A stretch of 64,000 nt of DNA from Bacilli bacterium (GTDB taxonomy: Bacteria > Bacillota_I > Bacilli_A > RFN20 > UBA1709), in NCBI GenBank assembly GCA_050949315.1, contig JBMNFL010000001.1, positions 322,043 to 386,042 of the forward strand. Reading direction: 5' to 3'. Shown piece by piece: positions 54,203-64,000 of the stretch. A program made the position numbers and the translations under genes. Within the stretch, counting starts at the first letter, position 1. Each line of letters starts with the position of its first letter. The notes below the pieces were generated by a model. It did not search any database and was not told where the DNA came from. It worked only from the letters and a program-made list of their open reading frames with translations.

Positions 54203-54819
54203 TTGTATAAGCCCTCTTTCTTGGCGAGAGTCTCAGGTATTTTGCTGAGCAAGTCTTGAAGGGCTAAAGCGCGGTGAGAAATGGCATTTTTTTCCTTAGC
54301 TGTTAGCTCAGCACTACTCTTCTTATAGTTTTTCGGAATAAAGATAGGATCATAGCCAAAACCATTCTTACCCCGGGCTTCAAAGGCAATACTACCTTCC
54401 ATCTTGCCCTCTCCTTGATAGATCTCTCCTTCTTTAGTAATCAAAACGACCGCACAACTAAAATAAGCATTTCTATTTTTTATGGAAACAAGTTTATCTA
54501 AAATCAGTTGATTTTTAACTTCATAACTCTCATTGTTAGCAAAGCGCGCCGAATAAAGGCCAGGAAAACCACCCAAAGCTTCAATAACTAAACCCGAGTC
54601 ATCGGCAATAACGCTTTCCTTTACTAGTTTTTGAGCCGCTTGGGCCTTAAAAAAAGCATTTTCTAAAAAAGTACTGCCTGTTTCAATATCTTTAAGCTTA
54701 TCTAAAATGTTTTTATTGAGTAAAACTAGTTGGCAGTTAGGCAATAAGTCCTGAAATTCACGTAATTTATTGGGATTGGACGATGCTAAATAAATCATAA
54801 TGCCCCTCTTTCTAATCAT
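54199..54819 (-). CDS. rdgB: non-canonical purine NTP pyrophosphatase RdgB/HAM1
   Basis: 206-aa Ham1 fold (SNPNKLRE...FGYDPIF). Confidence 0.85.
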   Translation of the reverse strand: MIRKRGIMIYLASSNPNKLREFQDLLPNCQLVLLNKNILDKLKDIETGSTFLENAFFKAQAAQKLVKESVIADDSGLVIEALGGFPGLYSARFANNESYEVKNQLILDKLVSIKNRNAYFSCAVVLITKEGEIYQGEGKMEGSIAFEARGKNGFGYDPIFIPKNYKKSSAELTAKEKNAISHRALALQDLLSKIPETLAKKEGLYK

Positions 54820-54944
54820 TAATAGTATATACCATTTTCTTTTTTTTGTTGTTAATTATCGGCAAAAGGTATAAAATGGTTGTGTATGGATTTCATCCAT
54901 TCCGTATAGATATACGTTAAAGATTTTCTAATAGGAGGAAATAT

Positions 54945-56516
54945 ATGATTTTAGCTGGATTTACAGATTTCTGGCTTCCTCTTATCGTAGGTATAATTGT
55001 CGGTGTTACAATTGGAATGCTCTTGATGCGTCTTTTTCCTGTGGCTGGAATTAAAAAAGCCCAGAAAGAAGCGGCCAAGGTTACCGATGATGCTAAACTA
55101 CAAGCTGACCAAACTCTAAAAAACGCACAGATTGATGCCAAAACCATTATTCGCGAACTCAAAATGGAAGCGGATAAGGAAATTAGAGAAAAGAAAGCTG
55201 AGGTCAAACAACTTGAAGATAAGCTATTGCAACGCGAACAAAATATTGATCGTCGTGATTTTGCTTTGCAGAGCAAAGAAGATAGCTTAGACCAAAAGAA
55301 TGAACAACTGGCAAAAAAGATTACTGACCTCGATAAAAAGGAAGTTGAGCTTAGAGAAAAACTCAATTCTATCATTGCCGAACTTGAAAAGATCAGCATG
55401 ATGACCATGGCTGATGCCAAAGATGAATTATTTAAACGGGTCGAAGAAAAATCGAGCCAAGAAATTGCGGCTTATATGCGTAATCGTGAAGAAGAGGCTA
55501 AAGAAAAAGCCAACGATGATGCCCGCAATGTCCTAGCAATGTCCATCCAAAAATTCTCACAAGAAGTGGCCTGTGAACACACCGTCTCGGTTGTTCCCTT
55601 GCCAAGTGATGACTTAAAAGGACGAATCATTGGTCGTGAAGGTCGTAATATTCGCGCCATTGAACAATTGACAGGGGTAGACCTAATCATTGATGATACG
55701 CCTGAAGTTATTACCGTTTCCTGTTTTGATCCTATCCGCCGGGAAACCGCAAGACTAGCCCTGGAATATCTAATTAAAGATGGCCGTATTCAACCAGGAA
55801 GAATAGAAGAATTAGTTGAAAAAGCCAAGAATGAATTGGCCGAAACGATTCACAAAGCTGGCGAAGAGGCGATTTTCCAATTGGGTATTAGTCGCATTAA
55901 CAAAGACTTAATTGACTACATCGGTAAATTAAAATACCGGACAAGTTATGGTCAAAACGCCCTTAAGCACTCCATTGAAGTAGCCCATTTAGCCGGAATT
56001 ATGGCGGCTGAAATTGGGGCTGACCAACACATAGCAAGAAGAGCGGGTTTACTGCACGATATCGGTAAATCTGTTGACTATGAAATTGAAGGAAGCCATG
56101 TGGAAATTGGCGTACGCTTAGCCAAAAAATATGGTGAACATCCGATAGTTGTCAATGCCATTGAGGCTCACCACGGCGACACCGATGCCACCAGTGTTAT
56201 TGCTAACCTTGTGATTGCCGCTGACACTTTAAGTGCTGCGCGTCCTGGAGCCCGCAGTGAAACTTTAGAAAACTACATTCAAAGAATTGAAAAATTAGAA
56301 GTTTTATCAAAAGGTTTTGATGGGGTTCAATCCGCCTATGCTATTCAAGCTGGTCGAGAAATTCGCGTGATGGTCTTGCCAGAAAAAATTGATGATGTCG
56401 CCGCTTATAAACTAGCCCGGGATATTCGCGAAAAGATTGAAACTGAACTAACTTATCCTGGTCAAATAAAGGTCACAGTCATCCGCGAACTCAGAGCTAA
56501 CGAGATCGCAAAGTAA
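54945..56516 (+). CDS. rny: ribonuclease Y
   Basis: N-terminal TM helix, coiled coil, KH domain and HD domain (LHDIGK). Confidence 0.9.
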   Translation: MILAGFTDFWLPLIVGIIVGVTIGMLLMRLFPVAGIKKAQKEAAKVTDDAKLQADQTLKNAQIDAKTIIRELKMEADKEIREKKAEVKQLEDKLLQREQNIDRRDFALQSKEDSLDQKNEQLAKKITDLDKKEVELREKLNSIIAELEKISMMTMADAKDELFKRVEEKSSQEIAAYMRNREEEAKEKANDDARNVLAMSIQKFSQEVACEHTVSVVPLPSDDLKGRIIGREGRNIRAIEQLTGVDLIIDDTPEVITVSCFDPIRRETARLALEYLIKDGRIQPGRIEELVEKAKNELAETIHKAGEEAIFQLGISRINKDLIDYIGKLKYRTSYGQNALKHSIEVAHLAGIMAAEIGADQHIARRAGLLHDIGKSVDYEIEGSHVEIGVRLAKKYGEHPIVVNAIEAHHGDTDATSVIANLVIAADTLSAARPGARSETLENYIQRIEKLEVLSKGFDGVQSAYAIQAGREIRVMVLPEKIDDVAAYKLARDIREKIETELTYPGQIKVTVIRELRANEIAK

Positions 56517-56522
56517 AATATT

Positions 56523-56548
56523 AAGGCTTACATTGTAAGCCTTTTTAT
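56523..56548 (+). terminator. intrinsic terminator after rny
   Basis: AAGGCUUACAUUGUAAGCCUU hairpin plus a U-run. Confidence 0.7.
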
Positions 56549-56594
56549 ATGGACTGATACAATAATTTATGTTATATTTGGAATTGGTGATGTT

Positions 56595-57383
56595 ATGAAA
56601 ATTTTATTTGTTGGCGATATTTATGCGCAATGTGGTCGGCAAACACTGGCGAGGTTTTTACCCTATTTGAAAAGACAACATGATATTGATGTCGTAATTG
56701 CCAATGGGGAAAATGCCAGCCATGGCAAAGGCTTATCAGCCGCCCACTATCAGGAAATTATAGAGATGGGTGTTGATATCATAACCATGGGTAATCATTT
56801 CTTTTCTAAGAAAAACCCCAATGCTTTTTATTTATCAGCCGAACGTTTGGTACGACCAGCTAATATTCATCACAGTGCGGCCGGTGTTGGTAGCCGACAC
56901 TTTGATATCAATGGCCACAAATTAAGAGTGACCAATCTTTTAGGGCGTGTCTATATCAATGAGTTGACACCGAGCAACCCCTTTGAAGCCTTAGATAAAA
57001 TTTTAGAAAGCAATGAGGATACTGTGCATATTGTTGATTTCCATGCTGAGGCCACGGCTGAGAAGATGGCCCTAGCTCATGCCTTTGATGGTAAAGTAAG
57101 TGCCGTCCTTGGAACACATACACATGTCCAAACCGCTGATGAGCGCATCTTACCTAAGGGTTCAGCCTACATTACCGATGTCGGTATGACTGGGCCTTAT
57201 CATTCTGTTATCGGTGCCAATATCGAACAGGTCATTCATAAGACACGAACTGGTTTAGCCCTTTACTTTGATGTCGCTAAAGGTCCTGGCTTTTTAAGTG
57301 CGGTCGTTCTCGATATCAATGAAAACAATGGTAAAGCTAGAAAAATTGAAAGAATTTATCTCACCCCTGACCACAATTGGTAG
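56595..57383 (+). CDS. ymdB: YmdB-type 2',3'-cyclic-nucleotide 2'-phosphodiesterase (metallophosphoesterase)
   Basis: ILFVGDIYA...GNHF calcineurin-like motifs; downstream of rny as in B. subtilis. Confidence 0.85.
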   Translation: MKILFVGDIYAQCGRQTLARFLPYLKRQHDIDVVIANGENASHGKGLSAAHYQEIIEMGVDIITMGNHFFSKKNPNAFYLSAERLVRPANIHHSAAGVGSRHFDINGHKLRVTNLLGRVYINELTPSNPFEALDKILESNEDTVHIVDFHAEATAEKMALAHAFDGKVSAVLGTHTHVQTADERILPKGSAYITDVGMTGPYHSVIGANIEQVIHKTRTGLALYFDVAKGPGFLSAVVLDINENNGKARKIERIYLTPDHNW

Positions 57384-57396
57384 AATATATTATTAA

Positions 57397-57424
57397 AAAG
57401 ACACTAGTTGTCTTTTTATTTTTA
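57397..57424 (+). terminator. intrinsic terminator after ymdB
   Basis: AAAGACA-CUAG-UUGUCUUU hairpin plus a U-run. Confidence 0.7.
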
Positions 57425-57460
57425 ATTATTTATAATGTTTAAAACAGAAGGAGAAAATGT

Positions 57461-58186
57461 ATGATTAAACTTGAGCATGTTTCCAAAGAATTCACTAAAG
57501 GTATCCGAGTAGTGGATGATGTAAATCTTGAAGTTCTACCAGGCGAAATTTTTGGTTTTATTGGGCCCAATGGGGCGGGAAAAACCACAACCATTAAGAT
57601 GATTACTGGTATTACCGATTTCGATGAAGGTCGAATTACCGTCGCTGGTAAAGATATTCAAGAAGAAGCTCTTGAAGCCAAAAGGCAATTCTGCTACGTG
57701 GCGGATAGTCCGGATATTTTCTTACGTCTAAAAGGTATTGAGTACCTAAATTTCATGGGAACGATCTATGCGGTTCCCGTTGAAAAAAGAAAAGAAAAAA
57801 TCAAGGAATTAACTGAAAAATTTGAAATTGCTGATGCCTTAAACAATAAAATACAGAGCTATTCACATGGTATGCGTCAAAAATTAATTATTACCGGTGC
57901 TTTATTAGCTGAACCTAAGATTTGGATTTTGGATGAACCGATGACCGGTCTTGATCCTAAATCCTCCTTCCTTTTAAAAGAGATGATGCGTGAACATGCT
58001 GCGAAAGGCTTTTCGGTTTTCTTCTCAACCCACGTTTTAGAAGTGGCTGAAAAACTCTGTGACCGCATTGGTATTATCGATAAGGGTAAATTGCTCTTCG
58101 TGGGCACGATAGCCGAACTTAAAGAAAAATATGCCAGTTCTGGTTCTTTAGAATCAGTCTTCTTGGAGATAACTAAAAATGCGTAA
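57461..58186 (+). CDS. ABC transporter ATP-binding protein
   Basis: GPNGAGKTT Walker A, signature region and ILDEP Walker B. Confidence 0.85.
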   Translation: MIKLEHVSKEFTKGIRVVDDVNLEVLPGEIFGFIGPNGAGKTTTIKMITGITDFDEGRITVAGKDIQEEALEAKRQFCYVADSPDIFLRLKGIEYLNFMGTIYAVPVEKRKEKIKELTEKFEIADALNNKIQSYSHGMRQKLIITGALLAEPKIWILDEPMTGLDPKSSFLLKEMMREHAAKGFSVFFSTHVLEVAEKLCDRIGIIDKGKLLFVGTIAELKEKYASSGSLESVFLEITKNA

Positions 58187-59891
58187 CGTTTTTGCCCTGA
58201 GTAAGGTTTTACTGAGATCACTCTTTGATTCTGGTAGTACAACTACTAAGAAAAGTCGGAAAAGACTAAGTAAAGTTGGTTATGCTGTTCTCATTTTACT
58301 TTTGGGTATCTGTGTTTGTTTACCCTTAGGTTTTGGGGCCTATAGTTTTGCACACATCATCCATATAAATGGGGGCGATAGTACCGGCTTTTGGATGCTA
58401 CTCATCCCTATTTTAAATGTGATTCTGGCAGTCATCTCCATTTTTTCAGTAATCAGCGTCTTCTTCTTGTCCATGGATAACGAAGCACTACTACCCCTGC
58501 CACTAAAGCCCTGGGAAATTATTGTAGCGCGCTTTTTAACCACTGTAGTCTTGCTCTATCTTTTTACCTTAGGACTTTTTATGCCCTTTATTGTGGGGGC
58601 CGGTATTGGTTTTGCTGCGCCGGTTGGTTATTATTTTAACGGTCTACTCATTATAATTTGTGCCCCGCTTATTCCTGTTAGTATCTGGGGAATTATCCTT
58701 TCTTTAATCAACCGCGTTTTCGTTTTTTCAAAACACCGCGATTTCTTTACCTATGTCTTTGTTGGCGTTTCTTTACTCTTGAGTTTCAGTTTTAGTATAT
58801 CTTTCAACTTAATTGCTCCTCAGATGGAAAGTTTTAATGAAAATCCGGAAGCTTTTAATAGTTTTAATGAGCTTGTCGATAGTTTTATCGTTCCCTTCGC
58901 CCGTTACTTCCCTATTTTTAAACCGCAGATGCTGGCCTTATCTTCAACCAACTTTGGCATCGGGTTTTTATGGGCTTTGTTAAATGTAGTAATCAGTGTC
59001 GCTTTTGTGGCTTTATTTGCTTTAATCGGCAATAAAATTTACCTTAAAACCATGCTGGGTAGTGGGGAAAGCAGTGCTAAAAAGAAGCGAATGGACTCCA
59101 AAGAATTTGATAAATCTTTGAAAAATCGGGCAATCTTACCGAGTTTGATTCGCAGCGAATGGCAGCTAATTGTCCGTAGCCCTAACTATTTTTTAAATCT
59201 GGTGGCCATGGTCTTTATCGTGCCAATTGTTATGGTTTTGTCTTTTGTCATCGCTTTGGCTAGTGCTGGAGAAGAAGGAGAGACAGAAAATCTCATCACT
59301 TTAGCTAGAGAAAACCTAAACTTTGCTGATCCTTTAGTTTTTTCTATTTTCTTAGGTGCCCTTCTCTTTTTTGCCAGCATGAATATGATCTCTTCAACCG
59401 CTGTTTCTAGAATGGGTAAGGATGCTTACTTTTATAAAATTATTCCTGTTAAGGCTAATACCATCATCTTTTCTAAAGTTTGCCTTGGTTGGCTCTTAAG
59501 TAGTTTTCTTTGCTTCCTAATTCTTGTTATCATCTTTGCTATGGGCATTCTTGAGTGGTATGAAGCACTTTTATTATTAGTAGTTGCTAATGTGATTTAT
59601 CTCGGCACTAATTATTTTGGTTTCTACCTTGATTTAAGAAAGCCTAGACTTGATTGGGCGAACGAAACCCAGGCCGTTAAAAATAACATAAGTAGTCTTA
59701 TCTATACCCTAACAAGTATTTTAGGGGTCGGGGTTATGATAGGCCTTAGTCTTCTCATAAATTTAATTCCTATCACTTGGGGAACTTATCTCTATGCGGG
59801 AATTCTCTTTATTATTTTCGGTTTAATCACCCTTTATTTTTACAACAAAGGAAAGGCTCCAACCTTTGAAGTCTTTAAAAAGATACAGTGA
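58179..59891 (+). CDS. ABC exporter permease (paralogue of 33476-35089)
   Basis: 570-aa polytopic protein overlapping the ATPase gene by 8 nt. Confidence 0.7.
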   Translation: MRNVFALSKVLLRSLFDSGSTTTKKSRKRLSKVGYAVLILLLGICVCLPLGFGAYSFAHIIHINGGDSTGFWMLLIPILNVILAVISIFSVISVFFLSMDNEALLPLPLKPWEIIVARFLTTVVLLYLFTLGLFMPFIVGAGIGFAAPVGYYFNGLLIIICAPLIPVSIWGIILSLINRVFVFSKHRDFFTYVFVGVSLLLSFSFSISFNLIAPQMESFNENPEAFNSFNELVDSFIVPFARYFPIFKPQMLALSSTNFGIGFLWALLNVVISVAFVALFALIGNKIYLKTMLGSGESSAKKKRMDSKEFDKSLKNRAILPSLIRSEWQLIVRSPNYFLNLVAMVFIVPIVMVLSFVIALASAGEEGETENLITLARENLNFADPLVFSIFLGALLFFASMNMISSTAVSRMGKDAYFYKIIPVKANTIIFSKVCLGWLLSSFLCFLILVIIFAMGILEWYEALLLLVVANVIYLGTNYFGFYLDLRKPRLDWANETQAVKNNISSLIYTLTSILGVGVMIGLSLLINLIPITWGTYLYAGILFIIFGLITLYFYNKGKAPTFEVFKKIQ

Positions 59892-61657
59892 AAGCTTGTC
59901 CTAAATACTTTGAGCGGCCCTCATTAGAAGAGGCGGCTAAGCGCTCCCAAAAGCCTATTCCCATCATCCGAACAGAATTAAAGATTGACCCTAATCTACT
60001 TGACTATACTAAAGATAAGAAATACTTTATTCAAACCTTTGGTTGCCAGGCGAATGAACGTGATGGCGAGTTTTTAGCTGGGCTTTTAGAACTCTGTGGC
60101 TACCAAAAAGCTAAATTGCGGGAAGAAGCTGATATCATCTTGCTCAATACCTGCGCGGTGCGAGCGGGAGCAGAAGAGCGCATTTATGGGGAAATCGGCC
60201 ATATCAAAGCTTTAAAACAAGTTAAACCCGAGCTAATTCTTGGGGTCTGTGGCTGCATGCCGCAACAAGAAGAAGTGGTAGAAAAACTTTTAAAAAAGCC
60301 TAAGACAGTTGATCTTATCTTTGGCACCCATAATCTTGAGCGATTACCCGACCTAATTAAAGAAGCCTACCTAAGTAAGGTTCCCATCGTTGAAGTCTAC
60401 TCTAAAGAAGGCGAAGTCTACGAAAATCTACCCTCAGTTCGCTCCTCTAATTTAAAAGCTTGGGTCAATATTATGTATGGTTGCGATAAATTCTGTACCT
60501 ATTGTATCGTTCCCTATGCTCGCGGGCGTGAGCGTTCGCGCTTGTTAGAAGATATTATTAAAGAAGTTGAAACCCTTAAAAAGCAGGGCTATCAAGAAGT
60601 CACTCTGCTTGGACAAAATGTCAATGCCTATGGTCAAGATTTAAAGTTGGGTTATAACTTTGAAGATTTATTAGTTGCTACCGCTAAAACCGGTATCCCG
60701 CGTATTCGCTTTATGACCTCCCATCCCTGGAATTTTACCGAAGGAATGTTAAAGGCTATTCGCGATTATCCCAATATCATGCCGGCCATTCATCTTCCCT
60801 TACAAGCCGGAGATAATGAGATCTTACGCAAGATGGGCAGGCGTTATAGCGCGGAAGAATACTGCAAACTCTATGATAGAATTCGCAAAGAAATTTCTAA
60901 TGTCGCCATCACAACCGATATCATCGTCGGTTTTCCTAATGAGACTTATGAGCAATTCTCAAAAACTTTAGACTTAGTTAAGTACTGTAAATTTGATAGT
61001 GCCTTTACCTTTATCTTCTCACCACGCCCGGGAACGCCGGCCGCCAAAATGAGCGATACCGTCAGTTTAGAAGAAAAAAAGCGCCGTTTTAAAGAGTTAA
61101 TCGCTTTAGTTGCTAGCCATGCCAAAGAAAGAAATATGGCCTATCTTGGTAAAACCCTAGAGGTTTTAGTTGAAGGTCCTTCTAAGCGTTGCGAAGCCAT
61201 TCTTTCCGGCTATAGTGAAAACAATAAATTAGTCAACTTTAAAGGTAAAGGTGACAAGAGTTTAATTGGACAAATCGTTCCCGTGAAAATTACCAGAGCC
61301 AAGAGTTGGACACTTGAAGGAGAGGTAGCCGTGGATAAAGAAGTTAAAAAGGCTGTAGACGAATTAAAAAAGGCTTTTGATCGCGATGAACTGATTCAAG
61401 AATATAGATTGCTAGCCAATAAAATTGCCGAGTCAAGCGAGATCCAAACTCTTGAAAAGGAATTAAAAGAATTGCAGCAAAAACTCTGCAATTATCTTGA
61501 TCAGAATTTAAAAGAATTATATGAAGAGACTAAGGAAAAGTATCAAGAACTTAAAAAGGTCTATCTTGAAAATCCTTTAGTAAATAATTATCAGGTTTTA
61601 AAAGAACAAGTAGATGAACTCTTAAAAGAGGTTAACGAGATTTTAAGTAAGCTCTAA
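59888..61657 (+). CDS. miaB: tRNA-i6A37 methylthiotransferase MiaB fused to a C-terminal YlbF/YmcA (RicA/RicF)-like helical domain
   Basis: MTTase + radical SAM CDKFCTYC + TRAM domains, then about 105 aa resembling Com_YlbF (IQEYRLLANKIAESSEIQTLEKE...KEQVDELLKEVNEILS). Confidence 0.8.
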   Translation: MKACPKYFERPSLEEAAKRSQKPIPIIRTELKIDPNLLDYTKDKKYFIQTFGCQANERDGEFLAGLLELCGYQKAKLREEADIILLNTCAVRAGAEERIYGEIGHIKALKQVKPELILGVCGCMPQQEEVVEKLLKKPKTVDLIFGTHNLERLPDLIKEAYLSKVPIVEVYSKEGEVYENLPSVRSSNLKAWVNIMYGCDKFCTYCIVPYARGRERSRLLEDIIKEVETLKKQGYQEVTLLGQNVNAYGQDLKLGYNFEDLLVATAKTGIPRIRFMTSHPWNFTEGMLKAIRDYPNIMPAIHLPLQAGDNEILRKMGRRYSAEEYCKLYDRIRKEISNVAITTDIIVGFPNETYEQFSKTLDLVKYCKFDSAFTFIFSPRPGTPAAKMSDTVSLEEKKRRFKELIALVASHAKERNMAYLGKTLEVLVEGPSKRCEAILSGYSENNKLVNFKGKGDKSLIGQIVPVKITRAKSWTLEGEVAVDKEVKKAVDELKKAFDRDELIQEYRLLANKIAESSEIQTLEKELKELQQKLCNYLDQNLKELYEETKEKYQELKKVYLENPLVNNYQVLKEQVDELLKEVNEILSKL

Positions 61658-64000
61658 TCTTTCGTATTTTTGGACTATTCTTTTTAAGTCTTTTAAAAAG
61701 CGATTGGCATACTCTAGCCAATTTTTATCTTTTTTAGCAAGTCTTATACGAACACGACCTTGGCGATAACTGACTAAAATATCGCGAGATATTTCATCAC
61801 AAAGACGGAAAATATCAAAGCCGATGCCATCAAATTTAGAGACCTTTTCACCTAAAACCAGTTCATAAAAATCTTCGAAATCCTTTATTTCCTCAATTAA
61901 ATCATTATCGATAAAGATTTCGAAACGCCTTTTTTCTAATAATAATTTGACACTTTTAGGTAGACGACCATAAACATCGATCATCTCTTCTTCTAAGGCC
62001 TCTAATTGCTGGCTGTTTTTAACTTCCGCCATCTTTTTATAAACATCAATTTTATCAAGATCATCGGCGGTGAAATGTTCGGGTAAATAGGCATCAAGAC
62101 GGTAATCAAGAGCAGGCTTTTTCGTACTTTCTTTAACTATACCTGTCTCTTTTTCTTTTAAGGCCTCTTGTAAGAGATGGAGATACATATCCATACCTAC
62201 GGTTTCAATAAAGCCGGCCTGTTCACTACCTAAGATATCCCCGGCCCCACGAATGCTCAAATCCCTTAAGGCAATACGGTAACCACTGCCTAATTCAACA
62301 AATTCTTTAATGGCACTTAAGCGTTTGGTCGCCGCGGGATTTAAGATTTTCTTAGGATTATAGAAAAGATAGGCATAGGCTAAACGATCGCCTCTTCCCA
62401 CTCGCCCTTTGATTTGATAAAGCTGAGCTAAACCAAAACGATCGGAATCTTCAACAATAATAGTGTTGGCACTAGGAATATCTAGACCATTTTCAATAAT
62501 TGTGGTACAGATCATCACATTGGCTAAACCCTTATTAAAATCTATCATCGCATCTTCAATCTGCTCATGATTCATCCGCCCATGGACAACAATAACCTTA
62601 GCATCAGGAACCATCTTCCTAACCTTATTTGCTAAGGTAAAAATATCACTGATGCGATTATGCAGATAGAAAACCTGACCATGACGGCTCAATTCTCTTT
62701 CAATAATCTCTTTAATTAGCCGTTCTGACTTTTCTAAAACATAGGTTTGAATAGGCATGCGGTTGCGCGGAGGCGTATCAATTTGCGAGAAACTCTTAAG
62801 CCCAATTAAGGCCGTCTGTAAAGTTCTAGGAATTGGGGTAGCCGATAAGGTTAAAACATCAATGCTTTCTTTAAGCTCTTTGATTTTTTCCTTGTGTTCA
62901 ACCCCAAAGCGCTGCTCCTCATCGACAATTAATAAACCTAAATCCTTAAACTCAACATCCTTAGATAATAAACGGTGAGTGCCTATTAAAAAGTTTAGTT
63001 CGCCTTTTTGAAGTTCATCAAGGTATTTATTTTGCTCATTAAGTGGCACTAAACGACTTAAAACACCGATATTGATAGGGAAATTTTGGAAACGTTCTTT
63101 AGCGACCTCATAGTGTTGACGGGCTAGGATGGTAGTTGGACAAAGCAAGGCCACTTGTTTACCATTGAGAATGGCTTTAAAAGCGGCAATAAAAGCGACC
63201 TCGGTCTTACCAAAACCCACATCACCGCAGAGCAAACGATCCATAGGATAAGGCTTTTCCATATCCTCTTTGATTTCTTGTACTGCTCTTTTTTGATCTC
63301 TAGTCAGTTCATAGGGAAAGGAATTTTCAAATTGCCGTTGCCATTCTTCATCAGGCGCACAGGCAAAACCAACTTTTTCACTGCGTTTAAGATATAAACT
63401 CATCAAACGATCGCTTATTTCACCAATGCGTTGCTTAATTTTGGTTTTAGTCTTCAGCCACTCATTACTACCAAGTTTGCTCAAGCGCGGGCTGGCTCCT
63501 TGTTTAGAAACATACTTACGTACTACTTTAAACTGGGCTAAAGGAACATATAGATCCTCATTGTTACGGTAGGCAATATGTAAATAATCCCTATGTATTC
63601 CCTGATTTTCAATGGTTTTGATGCCTAAAAACTGGCCAATACCATAGACTTCATGAACGACATAATCCCCTAAATCTAAGTTATCGTAAGATTGTAAAAC
63701 CTGAGCATCACGATAGCGGGTATAACTGCGCCTTGATCTTAATTGTTGACCAAAAATTTCTAAGGGTGAAAGAAAGATATAGCCTTCATTTACTAACTCA
63801 AAGCCCTCTTTAAAAGGAAAATCACTGTAAGATAAAGAATCTCTAGGCAAGGACTTTTTGCCATCATAGTAGCTGAGTTCATAACCCCAATCTTTAAACC
63901 AGTTTTTAACACAGGCAATTTGATTAGGATTATCAAGGCATAAAATCAAGCGATAATGTCTTCTTAAGTACTCCTCAACAATCAGTTTTAATTGTTGGGC
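61643..64000 (-). CDS. mfd: transcription-repair coupling factor Mfd (C-terminal ~785 aa; N-terminus beyond the window edge)
   Basis: DEAD/DEAH helicase motifs (GDVGFGKTEVA, DEEQRFG) and TRCF C-terminal domain; the ORF continues to the window end. Confidence 0.85.
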   Translation of the reverse strand, partial: AQQLKLIVEEYLRRHYRLILCLDNPNQIACVKNWFKDWGYELSYYDGKKSLPRDSLSYSDFPFKEGFELVNEGYIFLSPLEIFGQQLRSRRSYTRYRDAQVLQSYDNLDLGDYVVHEVYGIGQFLGIKTIENQGIHRDYLHIAYRNNEDLYVPLAQFKVVRKYVSKQGASPRLSKLGSNEWLKTKTKIKQRIGEISDRLMSLYLKRSEKVGFACAPDEEWQRQFENSFPYELTRDQKRAVQEIKEDMEKPYPMDRLLCGDVGFGKTEVAFIAAFKAILNGKQVALLCPTTILARQHYEVAKERFQNFPINIGVLSRLVPLNEQNKYLDELQKGELNFLIGTHRLLSKDVEFKDLGLLIVDEEQRFGVEHKEKIKELKESIDVLTLSATPIPRTLQTALIGLKSFSQIDTPPRNRMPIQTYVLEKSERLIKEIIERELSRHGQVFYLHNRISDIFTLANKVRKMVPDAKVIVVHGRMNHEQIEDAMIDFNKGLANVMICTTIIENGLDIPSANTIIVEDSDRFGLAQLYQIKGRVGRGDRLAYAYLFYNPKKILNPAATKRLSAIKEFVELGSGYRIALRDLSIRGAGDILGSEQAGFIETVGMDMYLHLLQEALKEKETGIVKESTKKPALDYRLDAYLPEHFTADDLDKIDVYKKMAEVKNSQQLEALEEEMIDVYGRLPKSVKLLLEKRRFEIFIDNDLIEEIKDFEDFYELVLGEKVSKFDGIGFDIFRLCDEISRDILVSYRQGRVRIRLAKKDKNWLEYANRFLKDLKRIVQKYERLELT

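Noticed and set aside
54917-55420. 167-aa minus-strand ORF overlapping the rny 5' region
   Set aside because: Ser/Leu/Ala-rich shadow frame of the RNase Y coiled-coil region; rny is strongly supported on the plus strand
1-64000. CRISPR arrays, IS elements, prophage genes
   Set aside because: No regularly spaced short direct repeats and no transposase or integrase-like ORFs. The only tandem repeats are the in-frame 36-bp units at 35215-35325 and the 40-bp promoter-flanking pair at 51471-51586

Overview
AT-rich bacterial chromosome segment using the standard genetic code (TGA serves as a stop, e.g. xseB). Gene order follows low-GC Firmicutes, close to Bacillus subtilis blocks: efp-asp23 ... 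nusB-xseA-xseB-tlyA; yqeG-yqeH-yhbY-nadD/yqeK/rsfS; parE-parC; tkt-yneF; rimP-nusA-ylxR-infB-rbfA; rny-ymdB; mfd. It resembles an Erysipelotrichia- or Acholeplasma-like lineage rather than a code-4 mycoplasma. Most of the window is core housekeeping: translation factors, topoisomerase IV, transketolase, HU, GluRS, RNase Y, MiaB, MtaB, Mfd, and three tRNA genes that encode CCA. Accessory or unusual content stands out against this conserved background. (1) A roughly 9.7-kb minus-strand operon (28471-38172) encodes a 1493-aa surface lipoprotein with Listeria-Bacteroides B-repeats and a beta-helix C-terminus, a small exported protein, an ABC-exporter permease, and an ABC ATPase fused to a roughly 480-aa unknown polytopic membrane domain that carries a tandem-repeat acidic tail. 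(2) Two paralogous AAA+/DUF4143 ATPase-nuclease-like genes (24685-25887 and 51597-52841) each have a promoter bracketed by a duplicated palindromic element; one of them is flanked by a 40-bp direct repeat. (3) A type IV AbiEi/AbiEii toxin-antitoxin pair lies next to tRNA-Glu. (4) Two Rosetta-stone fusions are present, NadD-YqeK-RsfS and MiaB-YlbF/YmcA-like. (5) A C-terminally truncated CCA-NTase head domain is translationally coupled to a YugP-like Zn-peptidase. (6) A locally GC-rich, apparently structured non-coding segment sits between tkt and hup. Several intrinsic terminators and leader hairpins are also mapped. No CRISPR array, transposase or phage integrase was found.
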